Below are positions 37,783 through 46,825 of a DNA stretch of 64,000 bases, piece by piece. The stretch lies in assembly GCA_019322435.1 (NCBI GenBank), contig JAHWIR010000005.1, positions 199-64,198 on the forward strand, in the 5' to 3' direction. Each line of letters begins with the position of its first letter. The first letter of the stretch is position 1. The notes below the pieces were generated by a model. It had not been told where the DNA came from, did not search any database, and saw only the letters and a list, made by a program, of their open reading frames with translations. The stretch is from Candidatus Woesearchaeota archaeon. Its GTDB lineage: Archaea > Nanobdellota > Nanobdellia > Woesearchaeales > WJKL01. The translations under genes and the position numbers were made by a program.

Positions 37783-37813
37783 AGCTGGAAATTAGAGAAC
37801 AAAAGTATTTAAA

Positions 37814-37830
37814 CTTTGCCCTTGGCAAAG
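37814..37830 (-). terminator. hairpin downstream of the TPR gene
   Basis: ctttgcc-ctt-ggcaaag, a 7-bp stem, 38 nt past the stop at 37868. Its function as a terminator is unproven. Confidence 0.3.
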
Positions 37831-37867
37831 AGAGTTTAAAAATCTTCGATTTTAAAACTAAAAGTTT

Positions 37868-38344
37868 CTATAAGTCAATTTCACTTAGCATATCAAAAAA
37901 ATAGGAAGCATCTTCACGCCTATCATTATCATTACAGAATTGAATTACATCTTCAAGGAATCCTTCTGCTTCTTCTGGTTGGTGGCTGCGCTTAATATAT
38001 CCTAATTCTACTGCTTTTTCAGCTGCATTTATTGCTTCTTCTACTCTGTATGGTTGTTGAGGAGATAATCCTTTGCAGGCTAGGTAAAGATGTATGAGGT
38101 AGATATCTATTTTTGGGCTTAATCTTACTGCTCTTTTGAAATTTGCTACAGCTGCAGAATAGTTTTCCTGAAATAAATAAGCCCATCCTCTCACATCATA
38201 AAGATAGGGAGCTAGTTCTGAACCTGTTTCCTCATATTTATCAATTACTTTTGCAGCTTTTTCAAATTCTCCAACATCTATTAGTTTGCGTGATTCTCTA
38301 TATTTATGCCACATCTTATCATCTTGTGTTAAATGTTTTACCAT
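37868..38344 (-). CDS. TPR-like repeat protein
   Basis: AYLFQENYSAAVANFKRAVRLSPK and flanking helical repeats. Confidence 0.65.
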   Translation of the reverse strand: MVKHLTQDDKMWHKYRESRKLIDVGEFEKAAKVIDKYEETGSELAPYLYDVRGWAYLFQENYSAAVANFKRAVRLSPKIDIYLIHLYLACKGLSPQQPYRVEEAINAAEKAVELGYIKRSHQPEEAEGFLEDVIQFCNDNDRREDASYFFDMLSEIDL

Positions 38345-38367
38345 AGCTGTTATAATATTCCTTAAAA

Positions 38368-38387
38368 TTTAAAAACCTTCGGGTATT
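38368..38387 (-). promoter_or_regulatory. BRE/TATA promoter, variant
   Basis: The minus strand reads aatacccgaaggtttttaaa, 24 nt upstream of the ATG at 38344. Confidence 0.6.
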
Positions 38388-38461
38388 TTTATGTTTAATA
38401 TGAAGAAAATAAAGAAATTAGCTACGCAATTTCAGACTTTCATTTTCACTAGAGGTGAAAA

Positions 38462-38827
38462 ATGAAAGTAATGGTGTTTGGAACATTTGATATCTTGCAT
38501 AAAGGCCATTTGAGTTATTTTAAGCAGGCAAGGAAATATGGAGATTTTCTTATTGCAGTTATTGCAAGGGATAAAACAGTGAAAAAACTTAGAGGAAGGC
38601 TGCCTAGAAATAATGAAAAGAAAAGAGTTAAAGAAGTAAATAAATATGCTGATAAAGCTGTTTTAGGTTATGTTTATGACAAGATGAAGGTTGTCAAGAA
38701 GTACAAGCCTGATGTAATTTGCTTGGGATATGACCAGGATTCAAATGGATTGAAGAAGTTTAAGAGGATGAAAGCGTATAAAGCGCATAAGTATAAAACT
38801 TCTAAACTAAAAACCAGTTCCATATAA
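38462..38827 (+). CDS. cytidylyltransferase-family nucleotidyltransferase (RibL/FAD-synthase-like)
   Basis: VFGTFDILHKGHLSYFKQA, GDFLIAVIARD and PDVICLGYDQ. Confidence 0.7.
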   Translation: MKVMVFGTFDILHKGHLSYFKQARKYGDFLIAVIARDKTVKKLRGRLPRNNEKKRVKEVNKYADKAVLGYVYDKMKVVKKYKPDVICLGYDQDSNGLKKFKRMKAYKAHKYKTSKLKTSSI

Positions 38828-39364
38828 GACAAAACCTCCAGGGAGGTTCATCAACCTGTCTTGTTTTTTTACAAAAGAAGTCAATTCTTTTAATGCTGCC
38901 CTTTCATTGGACTTAAGGCACTTGTTCTGCATATCTGCAATTTTTGCATCTTTGATAATTTGGGTTATGCCTAAAGTCAAGAAGTTATAAGCGTCAGCTA
39001 TATTGCTGTGCTCTAAAAGGTCAAAATAAGCGCTTACCAAACCATTTTTCAATTCTTCAAAGTCATTATATTTGTCATAGCCCATAGATGCGTAAGCTCT
39101 TGCATCATTTAATACAGATAATTCTTCAAGCATTAAAACCAAGCTATTCTTTTGAGAATCATTTAAGTTTTTTCCAGGATTAACACGAATTAAGTCTCCT
39201 GCATCTTCTAATGTAACTCCCTGTGATTCTAAAGCAGAAACAACTGTTTCATGATGGGTATTAATCCTGCCAATATCATATCTTAGGCAGTACATCAACC
39301 CGCCGCCTTGAGCAGGATGCGTTTCTCCAAGATTAAATTCATGCCATAATGATTTTTCTTCCAT
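38807..39364 (-). CDS. hypothetical protein
   Basis: 185 aa with its own promoter module. Convergent 21-nt overlap with the upstream gene. Confidence 0.55.
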   Translation of the reverse strand: MEEKSLWHEFNLGETHPAQGGGLMYCLRYDIGRINTHHETVVSALESQGVTLEDAGDLIRVNPGKNLNDSQKNSLVLMLEELSVLNDARAYASMGYDKYNDFEELKNGLVSAYFDLLEHSNIADAYNFLTLGITQIIKDAKIADMQNKCLKSNERAALKELTSFVKKQDRLMNLPGGFVLYGTGF

Positions 39365-39386
39365 ATGCCAACAGGAAAGGGGGTAG

Positions 39387-39406
39387 TTTAAAAAGCTTCG
39401 TGAATT
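39387..39406 (-). promoter_or_regulatory. BRE/TATA promoter, variant
   Basis: The minus strand reads aattcacgaagctttttaaa, 23 nt upstream of the ATG at 39364 and directly after the stop of the AsnB-like gene. Confidence 0.6.
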
Positions 39407-40240
39407 TTATAATGTCTCTAAATAATCTTTCTTAAATTTGATTCTGTTTCTATGGGCCAATCTGTAGATTGCCCTGTCAAACTTGCTTCCGTATTGTGCT
39501 GCTTGTTTTTTTCTCCAGGCTATCTCTTTTGGCAGGCCTAGTTCTTGAGAAATCTTTCTTAGAATAACTTTTTTATATTTTTTGTTGATTTTTTCTTTTC
39601 CATCTATTTTCATTGCTGTTTTTATTAAGTTATCATCTAGAAATGGTGTTGCAATTTTGATTCTTAGTTTTTCAGCTAATGCAACATCTCGAGTCAGATC
39701 TCTTTTCCACATTGCTTTAAGCCCTTTCCAGCATTCTTTGTTTATGTCTGCTGCTGACAGATGACGTTCATAGCCTGCAAAGATCTCTTCTGAGCCTAGG
39801 CCAGAGAATAAGCAAGAAATCTTGTCTTTTTTTGCTAAAGTTGCTGCTGCATAGACAACAGAGCCAACACCGACTTTCATTGTATCAGGTCCTACTATCT
39901 TAGTTACTTTTTTTATTATTTTTTCAGCTTCTTTTAGTGTAAAAATCTTATATTTTAATGGGATTTTCAATAATCTTGCTGCTTTTTTTGCTGCTTCAAT
40001 GTCTGCTGCTCCTTTGATTCCAACTGCATAGCATATGAAATCAGCATTATTTTGCTTTGCAATCAATGCAATTAAACTGGAATCAACACCGCCAGAGAAC
40101 ATTATTCCAAATTTTTTCTTAGGCAGCCTTGAAGTTATTGAACTAACTAAAGATTCTTTTAATTCCTGCTTTGTAGCTGGTTTTCTTGATTTAAGGCTGT
40201 CGATATAGACTTTCCAGCCTTGTTCTGAGATTAAGGGCAT
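39407..40240 (-). CDS. PP-loop ATP pyrophosphatase, asparagine-synthetase C-terminal-domain-like
   Basis: FGIMFSGGVDSSLIA (SGGxDS) and LFSGLGSEEIFAGYERH. No glutaminase domain. Confidence 0.75.
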   Translation of the reverse strand: MPLISEQGWKVYIDSLKSRKPATKQELKESLVSSITSRLPKKKFGIMFSGGVDSSLIALIAKQNNADFICYAVGIKGAADIEAAKKAARLLKIPLKYKIFTLKEAEKIIKKVTKIVGPDTMKVGVGSVVYAAATLAKKDKISCLFSGLGSEEIFAGYERHLSAADINKECWKGLKAMWKRDLTRDVALAEKLRIKIATPFLDDNLIKTAMKIDGKEKINKKYKKVILRKISQELGLPKEIAWRKKQAAQYGSKFDRAIYRLAHRNRIKFKKDYLETL

Positions 40241-40362
40241 AATAATGGGATTCAGGTTTTATTTATAAAGCATTTGGTTTTGTTCAGAAGGGCTGTGGTG
40301 CTTGAATCTTGGTGTTTCAGGGCTTTAAATGGCATTTATACTACCATTTAGTAGTTAAAAAG

Positions 40363-40378
40363 CGAAAGGTTTATAAAG
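40363..40378 (+). promoter_or_regulatory. BRE/TATA promoter element
   Basis: cgaaaggtttataaag, 83 nt upstream of the tfb ATG, implying a leader of roughly 55 nt with SD gtgaggt. Confidence 0.55.
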
Positions 40379-40460
40379 GGCTAAGTATACATAAATACAA
40401 GTAAAAAGTGGGTTTTCTCGAGTTGTATAGAATATATCATAATGCTGTGAGGTTAGAAAA

Positions 40461-41369
40461 ATGGCTGTTGAAACAATCACAAAATGTCCGGAATGTGGAG
40501 ATGGAAAGTTTTTTGCTAATAAGAAGAAGGGAGAAGTTATCTGCAAAAGCTGCGGATTTGTTATAGACGATTCTATGGTTGATTTTGGAAGAGACAGAGC
40601 GTTTGATACTGAAGATTTTATAAAGAAATCCAGAACAGGAGCTCCATTTGATCCAAGAGTTGCAAATGGTTTGATGACTGAAGTTGGAAGTAATGCTGAT
40701 TTGAAGAATCTAAGCAAGAAACAAAGACAATTAATGAATAGAATTAGGCAAAAGAACAGATGGACAAGCTCTGCATTAGAGCATAATTTGAATACTAACT
40801 TGGCTAATCTGAAATTAGTTGCTTCTCAATTAAAAGTTCCTGATACTATTGAGAAAGAAGCAGCTAGAATCTACAGAGAATGCGCTGAAAAAGGCGTTAC
40901 AAGAGCCAGAGCTAATGACAGCATTATAGCAGCTGTTGTATATCTTGCATCTAAGCTTCATGGAATGCCAAAGACACTGACTGAGGTTGCTCAGGCTTCT
41001 AAACTGGATAAATTTGACATTGCAAGAACTTACAAGATGGTAATAAGGAGATTAAATATCAAAGTAATGCAGTCTAATCCAATTGATTTCATAGCAAGAT
41101 TTGCTTCTGAACTAAATCTAGGAGCGCAAGTACAGACAAAAGCAGTAAAATTACTTGAAAGAGTACAGAAGGATGGAATGGATTCTGGAAAATCCCCAAC
41201 ATCTTTAGCTGCAACAACTTTGTACATTGCTGCATTGACTAACAAGACAAAAGTAACTCAGAAAGCAATAGCTGAAACAGCTGGAATTACTGAAACAACT
41301 CTTAGACAGAGAACTAAAGAGATGCTTAAGAAGTTAGGAATTAAGAAGTCTGATATCAAGAAGAAATAG
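40461..41369 (+). CDS. tfb: transcription initiation factor IIB
   Basis: Zn ribbon CPECG..CKSCG, B-reader/linker and two cyclin-like repeats. Confidence 0.95.
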   Translation: MAVETITKCPECGDGKFFANKKKGEVICKSCGFVIDDSMVDFGRDRAFDTEDFIKKSRTGAPFDPRVANGLMTEVGSNADLKNLSKKQRQLMNRIRQKNRWTSSALEHNLNTNLANLKLVASQLKVPDTIEKEAARIYRECAEKGVTRARANDSIIAAVVYLASKLHGMPKTLTEVAQASKLDKFDIARTYKMVIRRLNIKVMQSNPIDFIARFASELNLGAQVQTKAVKLLERVQKDGMDSGKSPTSLAATTLYIAALTNKTKVTQKAIAETAGITETTLRQRTKEMLKKLGIKKSDIKKK

Positions 41370-41379
41370 GTGGGAGAAA

Positions 41380-41745
41380 ATGACAGAAAATCCATACTTA
41401 GATGCTAATGGAGACCTTTTAAGAGAAGGATTTTATGAATTTGATGCTTCTGAAGAAGAATATCAACATCTAATAGTGTATGTAAGGAAAATATCCGATG
41501 AAGATGGAAAAAATCTTGATTTTTTTACATTAAGTGGACAAATGGATCATTTAGGTGCTAGAATAGAGAAGGATTTTGGTGGAAAGGATGATGATGCTAA
41601 TCTGGATTTAGCAAAAAGATTAATACCTTTTGATATTAATGATTTCGCAGAATGGGTTGAATGGGTTCAAGGAGACTTATGTGAAAGGGTTAATGAACCC
41701 CTATATAAACATCTTGAAAGAGTTAAAAAAGAAAAAGGTAAATAA
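41380..41745 (+). CDS. hypothetical acidic protein
   Basis: 121 aa, SD ggtgggaga, 10 nt after the tfb stop. Confidence 0.55.
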   Translation: MTENPYLDANGDLLREGFYEFDASEEEYQHLIVYVRKISDEDGKNLDFFTLSGQMDHLGARIEKDFGGKDDDANLDLAKRLIPFDINDFAEWVEWVQGDLCERVNEPLYKHLERVKKEKGK

Positions 41746-41750
41746 AAAAA

Positions 41751-42056
41751 ATGAAAAAAGAATGCATTGAGGAAATGATCAGATATAATGGTCATATGAG
41801 GAAGATGAATATTTTGAATGATCCTGAGAGAAGGAAAACAGATATTTTTTGTAATTTCTCACTTGGAATTTATACTGGACCTGAAACTGATTTTGGTGAA
41901 ATTGGAAGCTCTTCAGAAGGTATGTTATCATTATATCTAGGAAATATTGGATTTGAATGTTTTTATCAGGAAGATATTGGTCTTAGTGCAAGACTAAAGT
42001 TTATTTCTGGACTCAAAGATAGGCCTTTTGGCGATGATGGTCCATCTGGTGCTTAA
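41751..42056 (+). CDS. hypothetical protein
   Basis: 101 aa, conserved junction motif upstream. Confidence 0.5.
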   Translation: MKKECIEEMIRYNGHMRKMNILNDPERRKTDIFCNFSLGIYTGPETDFGEIGSSSEGMLSLYLGNIGFECFYQEDIGLSARLKFISGLKDRPFGDDGPSGA

Positions 42057-42073
42057 AAAAGGTAAATAGAAAA

Positions 42074-42373
42074 ATGACAAAAATAGGTATAACAGACGTT
42101 CCAAAACCAGGAGAAAGAATACCTGGAGAACATGATCTTGTGATAGGATGGTTTCCTGAACCTCTAGTACCATTAGAACAAAGATTCTTAGCTGATAATG
42201 TAGGAGGACGTCAGGATATAATTGCTGGTCAAGAAGGATGGTATATCGAAGGTTCACTTGGAACTTTACCTTATGATACTAAAAAACAGCTCATAAAAGA
42301 GACTTTAGAGGAGATAAGACAAAATCCTCATGAAAGATATCTTAATTTTTGGAAGCAGATAAAAGGTGAATAG
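42074..42373 (+). CDS. hypothetical protein
   Basis: 99 aa, conserved junction motif upstream. Confidence 0.5.
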   Translation: MTKIGITDVPKPGERIPGEHDLVIGWFPEPLVPLEQRFLADNVGGRQDIIAGQEGWYIEGSLGTLPYDTKKQLIKETLEEIRQNPHERYLNFWKQIKGE

Positions 42374-42376
42374 AAA

Positions 42377-42721
42377 ATGGATGAAAATAATGAAGGAATT
42401 GATAAAGTTGTGAAGGAAACATATCCTGGAGAATTTAAAGCAAAATTAGATTTAGTAGAATACGAGGAATGTGGTGAAGATGGGAATTTAAATTATAATT
42501 ATCATCTAGGATCAATACTGCAAGCAGCAAGTATACTTGGTGGAGTAAGTGGTATGGTAGCTGATGATTGTACTTTCATTAAAGGCGTAATTCTTTGCAC
42601 AATAGCTACTGGTGTATATACACTAGGATCATACATGAAAAAGAAAGTAAAAGAGCATATAGATAATAAAAAGTACCAATTATTAAAAAGAGATATTTTG
42701 AAAGAATTAAAAGGTAAATAA
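42377..42721 (+). CDS. hypothetical membrane protein
   Basis: 114 aa with two hydrophobic segments (ILQAASILGGVSGMV, GVILCTIATGVYTLGSY). Confidence 0.5.
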   Translation: MDENNEGIDKVVKETYPGEFKAKLDLVEYEECGEDGNLNYNYHLGSILQAASILGGVSGMVADDCTFIKGVILCTIATGVYTLGSYMKKKVKEHIDNKKYQLLKRDILKELKGK

Positions 42722-42724
42722 AAA

Positions 42725-42901
42725 ATGGAAGAAACCCAAAAACAAAATATTGATGAAGTAATCAAACAGGATAATCAAAAGAAAGAAGAGAATAAGCCTG
42801 AGGAAAAGATAATAGATATCTACAGAAAAAAAATAAAAAAGTATGAAGAATCAGGAATATTTTTAGGTGTTGAATTTCCTTATGACGGTAATTTGATTTG
42901 A
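42725..42901 (+). CDS. hypothetical small charged protein (58 aa, below the ORF-track cutoff)
   Basis: MEETQKQNIDEVIKQDNQKKEENKPEEKIIDIYRKKIKKYEESGIFLGVEFPYDGNLI. Has the same junction motif as its neighbours. Confidence 0.4.
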   Translation: MEETQKQNIDEVIKQDNQKKEENKPEEKIIDIYRKKIKKYEESGIFLGVEFPYDGNLI

Positions 42902-42910
42902 GGATAAAAA

Positions 42911-43186
42911 ATGGCAGAATACAAAACAATAAATTTAGACAATATAGCTATTGAGCGCAGAGCTTATGCAACCTGCTCTAAAGAGGTTGTAAAAGGATTT
43001 TATATTATGCCTATTAAATTTTTAGATGATAATACAATAGTAGTTGCTGTAAGAGACAATCTAAAAGAAGAGAAATTAGAAACTTTAGTTAAAGAGCTAA
43101 GCTTTCATCTAAAAAAAGATGTTTGCCCTGTTCTTGCCACTAAAAAACAGATTAAAAAAGCACATAAAAGATATTATAAGAAATAA
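42911..43186 (+). CDS. stand-alone T2SSE_N (GspE/PilB N-terminal)-like domain protein
   Basis: INLDNIAIERRAYATCSKEVVKGFYIMPIKFLDDNTIVVAVRDNLKEEKLETLVKELSFHLKKDVCPVLATKKQIKKAHKRYY follows the T2SSE_N pattern by eye. Confidence 0.55.
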   Translation: MAEYKTINLDNIAIERRAYATCSKEVVKGFYIMPIKFLDDNTIVVAVRDNLKEEKLETLVKELSFHLKKDVCPVLATKKQIKKAHKRYYKK

Positions 43187-43235
43187 TTATTTCTTCACAA
43201 GCTTTTTAAATAACCCAGGAATTCTTTTTTCTAAT

Positions 43236-44282
43236 ATGAGTAAATACGGCGGCAGATTTGAAATTAGCAGAAAAGAACATAAGAAAAACCTAAGGAAGGT
43301 TTACAAAGAAGGGAAAAGCAAGGTTATACAAGCTATTCCAAGCAGACCTTCTAAGAAAGAAGATAAAGAAGCTCCTATTGAGGTTAAGCCTTTTACAGGG
43401 ATTGGAAATGTTAATCCTATAAACATTGCAGATTACAGCAATTTATCAGAATTTATATTAAAAAGATTAAATCCTTCTGAAGATCTTAAAAAGCCTGTTG
43501 TTGATATAATGGTTAGCATGTTTTTGAATATTTCTGATGTTTATGAAAAAGGCAAATATCCTCCAAAGAGAGTAAGAGATTATGCGAAAGAGCAATTTAG
43601 GGTTTTTCAAGATTCTTTATCAGTATTGGAAGTAAGTTCTTATCCAGCAAACCTGATATTAAGAAAGGGAAGGATTGGAGATTTTTCTAATAAGGAAAAA
43701 TATAGAATACGTGATAATAAAGAGCTTGTTAAAAGTGATTTATTTAAGGGAGAGTCATCTTATCATATAGTTTACTTAGGAGGTCCTTCTAATATGAAGT
43801 GCTATGAAGCAGCTGATGTTGCAGAGGGGGTTGTAAGAGACAAATACTCTAAAATATATAATGAACAGGCAAAAGTAATTGAATCTTATATTGAGAAGGA
43901 AGAAATTGTTGAATTAGAGAAAAAAATTAGGGGATTTGTAGAAGGGGCTGAAGATAGTGAACTTTTTAAAAAAGTAAGAGAGGTTTTAGAAACTAGAACT
44001 GATTTGACAGAGCTGCAAATAGAATTTCTTAATGAAACACTTAAAATTGAAGGACCATATGAAAGAGCAATGCGAGAATCAAAAGAGATAGAGCCGAGAA
44101 TCCCTGTTAATACACAGGATATTCTAAATTTGATAGGCAAGAGTGTATTGCCTGGCGGTGTTTTAATTACAGATGCGTCTGATATGAAAGATTTTCCTGA
44201 AGGATTTGGTATTATTGATTGTTATGATCAGTTTTCTTGGTATCAAAAAGCTATTTCTTCAGAAGTTGGATCTCCTCAATAA
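43236..44282 (+). CDS. hypothetical protein
   Basis: Start re-set to MSKYGGRFEI. TATA gctttttaaataa lies about 25 nt upstream. The track start at 43119 overlaps the preceding gene. Confidence 0.6.
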   Translation: MSKYGGRFEISRKEHKKNLRKVYKEGKSKVIQAIPSRPSKKEDKEAPIEVKPFTGIGNVNPINIADYSNLSEFILKRLNPSEDLKKPVVDIMVSMFLNISDVYEKGKYPPKRVRDYAKEQFRVFQDSLSVLEVSSYPANLILRKGRIGDFSNKEKYRIRDNKELVKSDLFKGESSYHIVYLGGPSNMKCYEAADVAEGVVRDKYSKIYNEQAKVIESYIEKEEIVELEKKIRGFVEGAEDSELFKKVREVLETRTDLTELQIEFLNETLKIEGPYERAMRESKEIEPRIPVNTQDILNLIGKSVLPGGVLITDASDMKDFPEGFGIIDCYDQFSWYQKAISSEVGSPQ

Positions 44283-44925
44283 CTAATTTTCCTGTGTTTT
44301 CTGATTCCATATGATTGTAGGATTTCCAGATTTCTAATCTTTTCTTGAACAAAGGGCAATCAAGAACAAAGGTTTCATATTCTCCGCCTTCTCCGCCTAA
44401 ATGAACTTGCGTTTTTTTCAAATCTTCAATCAAGGTTTTGTCTATTTTTCTTCCTAAATAGCTTTCATCCAGGCCTTCTGCTGCAACTCCTACAATGATC
44501 ACTTCAAAATTATCCAATATCAATGTTCTTAAGTATTGTTCTGGGTCTATTCCCCACATCGGAGATATGCATTTTAAGTCCAGTTCATCGCAGATTGCTT
44601 CTACACGCTCTTTTTGGTATTGAGAAGCTAATGCTCCTGCGCAGACACCATCTATCTTATGTGATTGTTTTGCTAAATTAATAGCTTCTTTCAAGTCTCT
44701 TAGCTCTTCTTCTTTTACACCTTCTGTTGGAAGCATTATTAATGGGAGAGAAGCTGCTTCTGCCTGTTTTGGAACTAATTCAATGTTAGGAACATGAAAC
44801 ATCCAGGAATCCTCTTTTTCAGGTTTTAATGTTATTAAGCAGACTATCTCATGGTTCAGCTTTGATGCTGCATAAGCTGCATACCATGAATCCTTTCCTC
44901 CTGATATAAGTGCTGCTAGCTTCAT
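44251..44925 (-). CDS. Dph6-like ATP pyrophosphatase (diphthine-ammonia ligase / DUF71 family)
   Basis: MKLAALISGGKDS and GGEGGEYETFVLDCPLF. Confidence 0.8.
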   Translation of the reverse strand: MKLAALISGGKDSWYAAYAASKLNHEIVCLITLKPEKEDSWMFHVPNIELVPKQAEAASLPLIMLPTEGVKEEELRDLKEAINLAKQSHKIDGVCAGALASQYQKERVEAICDELDLKCISPMWGIDPEQYLRTLILDNFEVIIVGVAAEGLDESYLGRKIDKTLIEDLKKTQVHLGGEGGEYETFVLDCPLFKKRLEIWKSYNHMESENTGKLVIEEIQLLKK

Positions 44926-45005
44926 ATTCAGTAGATTTATTTAATGATTTAAAAAGGTTTATATAGTACTAGAATTATATTTGTTGATATAGTGGGGTGC
45001 ATAAT

Positions 45006-45731
45006 ATGAAAAAGATATTGTTTGCGTTATTAGTGATTGCTATTTTAGTCAGCGGCTGCGGAGGAGAAGGAGAGGTTGTTGACAGAAAAACAGGAGTAAC
45101 TGTTAGGGAGAGTGATCTAGGAACAGAAACAAGAAAAAGCTATTCTACGCCTAAGGCAACAGGCCCTGTATTGACAAGTGAAATAAATACATTGCTTGCA
45201 AAAGCAGACTCAGTGAGTTCTCTAGAATATTCCCATAATGAGTTTGTTCTAGGAGAAGCTGGTTATCATGCAGAAGTCTGGTTAAAAGGAAACAAGATGA
45301 AGCATAAGATAAGTCTTCAAGCAGGAACTTCTCAAGGAGTAAGATATGACACTATTTATTTTGATTTAGCAAAGAGAGAAGCAATAGGTTACTGTGAAGA
45401 GCTTTCAAGGTGTGAAGAAAAACTGAACATACCATCTACTCTAAGTATTGATTCATTTACAACAGAAACACCATTTGATGTAGCTGATCAAATTACAGTT
45501 GGAAGCAAGATAGGAAGCGCAATGTTTGATAAGAGAGAAGTAATGATTGTTGAATATGAACAAGGCGGAAATCAGGTAAGAGTGTACTTATGGGACTATA
45601 AAGGACTTCCATTAAAATATGAAGTTAGAGACGGCGAGGAACTGCTTAAGAAAGTTGAATATCTTGGATTAGTAATCAATGGAGTCAAGGATGATGACTT
45701 TGTTTATCATGAGCTAAAATTGCCAACTTAA
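45006..45731 (+). CDS. lipoprotein, unknown function
   Basis: Start re-set from GTG to the ATG. MKKILFALLVIAILVSGCGGEG has a lipobox-like Cys. Confidence 0.65.
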   Translation: MKKILFALLVIAILVSGCGGEGEVVDRKTGVTVRESDLGTETRKSYSTPKATGPVLTSEINTLLAKADSVSSLEYSHNEFVLGEAGYHAEVWLKGNKMKHKISLQAGTSQGVRYDTIYFDLAKREAIGYCEELSRCEEKLNIPSTLSIDSFTTETPFDVADQITVGSKIGSAMFDKREVMIVEYEQGGNQVRVYLWDYKGLPLKYEVRDGEELLKKVEYLGLVINGVKDDDFVYHELKLPT

Positions 45732-46825
45732 AAGAGTTTACCAAGTAAACTCTTTTTCTTTATTGTTTTATTAAATTGTTTTAACAAATCTTTTTGTTTT
45801 GCTGTTAATTTTTTAGGTGTTTTTAGAATTACTTTTACCAGCTGGTCTCCTGAGCCTGAGCCATGCAGATGTGGAATACCTTTGCTTCTCATCTTGAAGA
45901 TTGTATGAGATTGAGTTCCTGCTGGAATCTTTAGTTCTGCTTTGCCTTTCAGGGTTGGAACTTCTATCTTAGCTCCTAATGCTGCCTGCGTGAATGTGAC
46001 TGGAATCTCTAGATAGATATCATCTCCGTGCCTTTCAAAGAGATTGTGCTCTTTGACATGGAGTATAATGTATAAATCTCCTGCTGGAGCTCCCCTCTCT
46101 CCTGCTTCTCCTGCTCCTGTTATCCTCAAGTTTGTTCCTGTCTCTGAGCCTGCTGGTATCTTTACTTCTAATTCAGATGTTTTCTTTGTATTTCCAGAGC
46201 CATGGCATGTTTTGCAGGGATTTTTTATTGATGTCCCTTCTCCCCTGCATCTTGGGCAGGATGATTGTGTTGAGAACATTCCAAATGGTGTTCTTGCTGT
46301 TCTTTTTATGAATCCAGAGCCATCGCATTGAGGGCATTCAATTATATCTTCTCTTGTTTTTGCTCCTGTTCCTTTGCATTCAGGGCATTTCACTGTATGG
46401 GGTATTTTTATTGTTTTTTCTGTTCCTTCTGCTGCTGCTTCTAAAGTAATTTCCATATCATATCTCAAGTCAGAGCCTCTTCTTGGACCTCTTCTTCTTC
46501 TGCCAAATATATTTCCTCCAAAGAAAGATTCAAAGATAGAATCAAAATCAAAGCCGCCCATGATGTCTTCAAAATTAAATCCGCCTGCTCCTCCGAATGG
46601 TGATTCAGCTGTTCCAAACTGGTCATATTGAGAACGTTTTTCATCATCAGCTAAGATTGCTGCTGCTTCGTTTATCTCTTTAAATTTATCTTCGTATTCT
46701 GATTTTTTTTCTTCTGGAGCCCTGTCTGGATGAAACTTCATAGCTAGTTTTTTGTAAGCTTTCTTTATTTCTTCTTTTGTTGCGTTCTTATCAACGCCTA
46801 GGATTTTATAGTAGTCTTTTGTCAT
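45728..46825 (-). CDS. dnaJ: chaperone DnaJ
   Basis: J domain with HPD (KFHPDR), a G/F region and four CxxCxG motifs. Confidence 0.95.
   Translation of the reverse strand: MTKDYYKILGVDKNATKEEIKKAYKKLAMKFHPDRAPEEKKSEYEDKFKEINEAAAILADDEKRSQYDQFGTAESPFGGAGGFNFEDIMGGFDFDSIFESFFGGNIFGRRRRGPRRGSDLRYDMEITLEAAAEGTEKTIKIPHTVKCPECKGTGAKTREDIIECPQCDGSGFIKRTARTPFGMFSTQSSCPRCRGEGTSIKNPCKTCHGSGNTKKTSELEVKIPAGSETGTNLRITGAGEAGERGAPAGDLYIILHVKEHNLFERHGDDIYLEIPVTFTQAALGAKIEVPTLKGKAELKIPAGTQSHTIFKMRSKGIPHLHGSGSGDQLVKVILKTPKKLTAKQKDLLKQFNKTIKKKSLLGKLF

Noticed and set aside
38400-38465. 21-codon mini-ORF (MKKIKKLATQFQTFIFTRGEK) ending in an ATGA overlap with the nucleotidyltransferase gene
   Set aside because: It is too short, its own start has no promoter or SD support, and it is probably just leader sequence containing the real SD agaggtga.
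40271-40360. C/D-box or other small RNA upstream of tfb
   Set aside because: No RUGAUGA/CUGA box pairs or convincing stable structure were found on either strand. It is kept only as a low-interest note.
43119-43235. Upstream start of the 387-aa ORF
   Set aside because: It overlaps the T2SSE_N-like gene. A TATA box at about 43203-43212 and the ATG at 43236 give a near-leaderless arrangement like other genes here.
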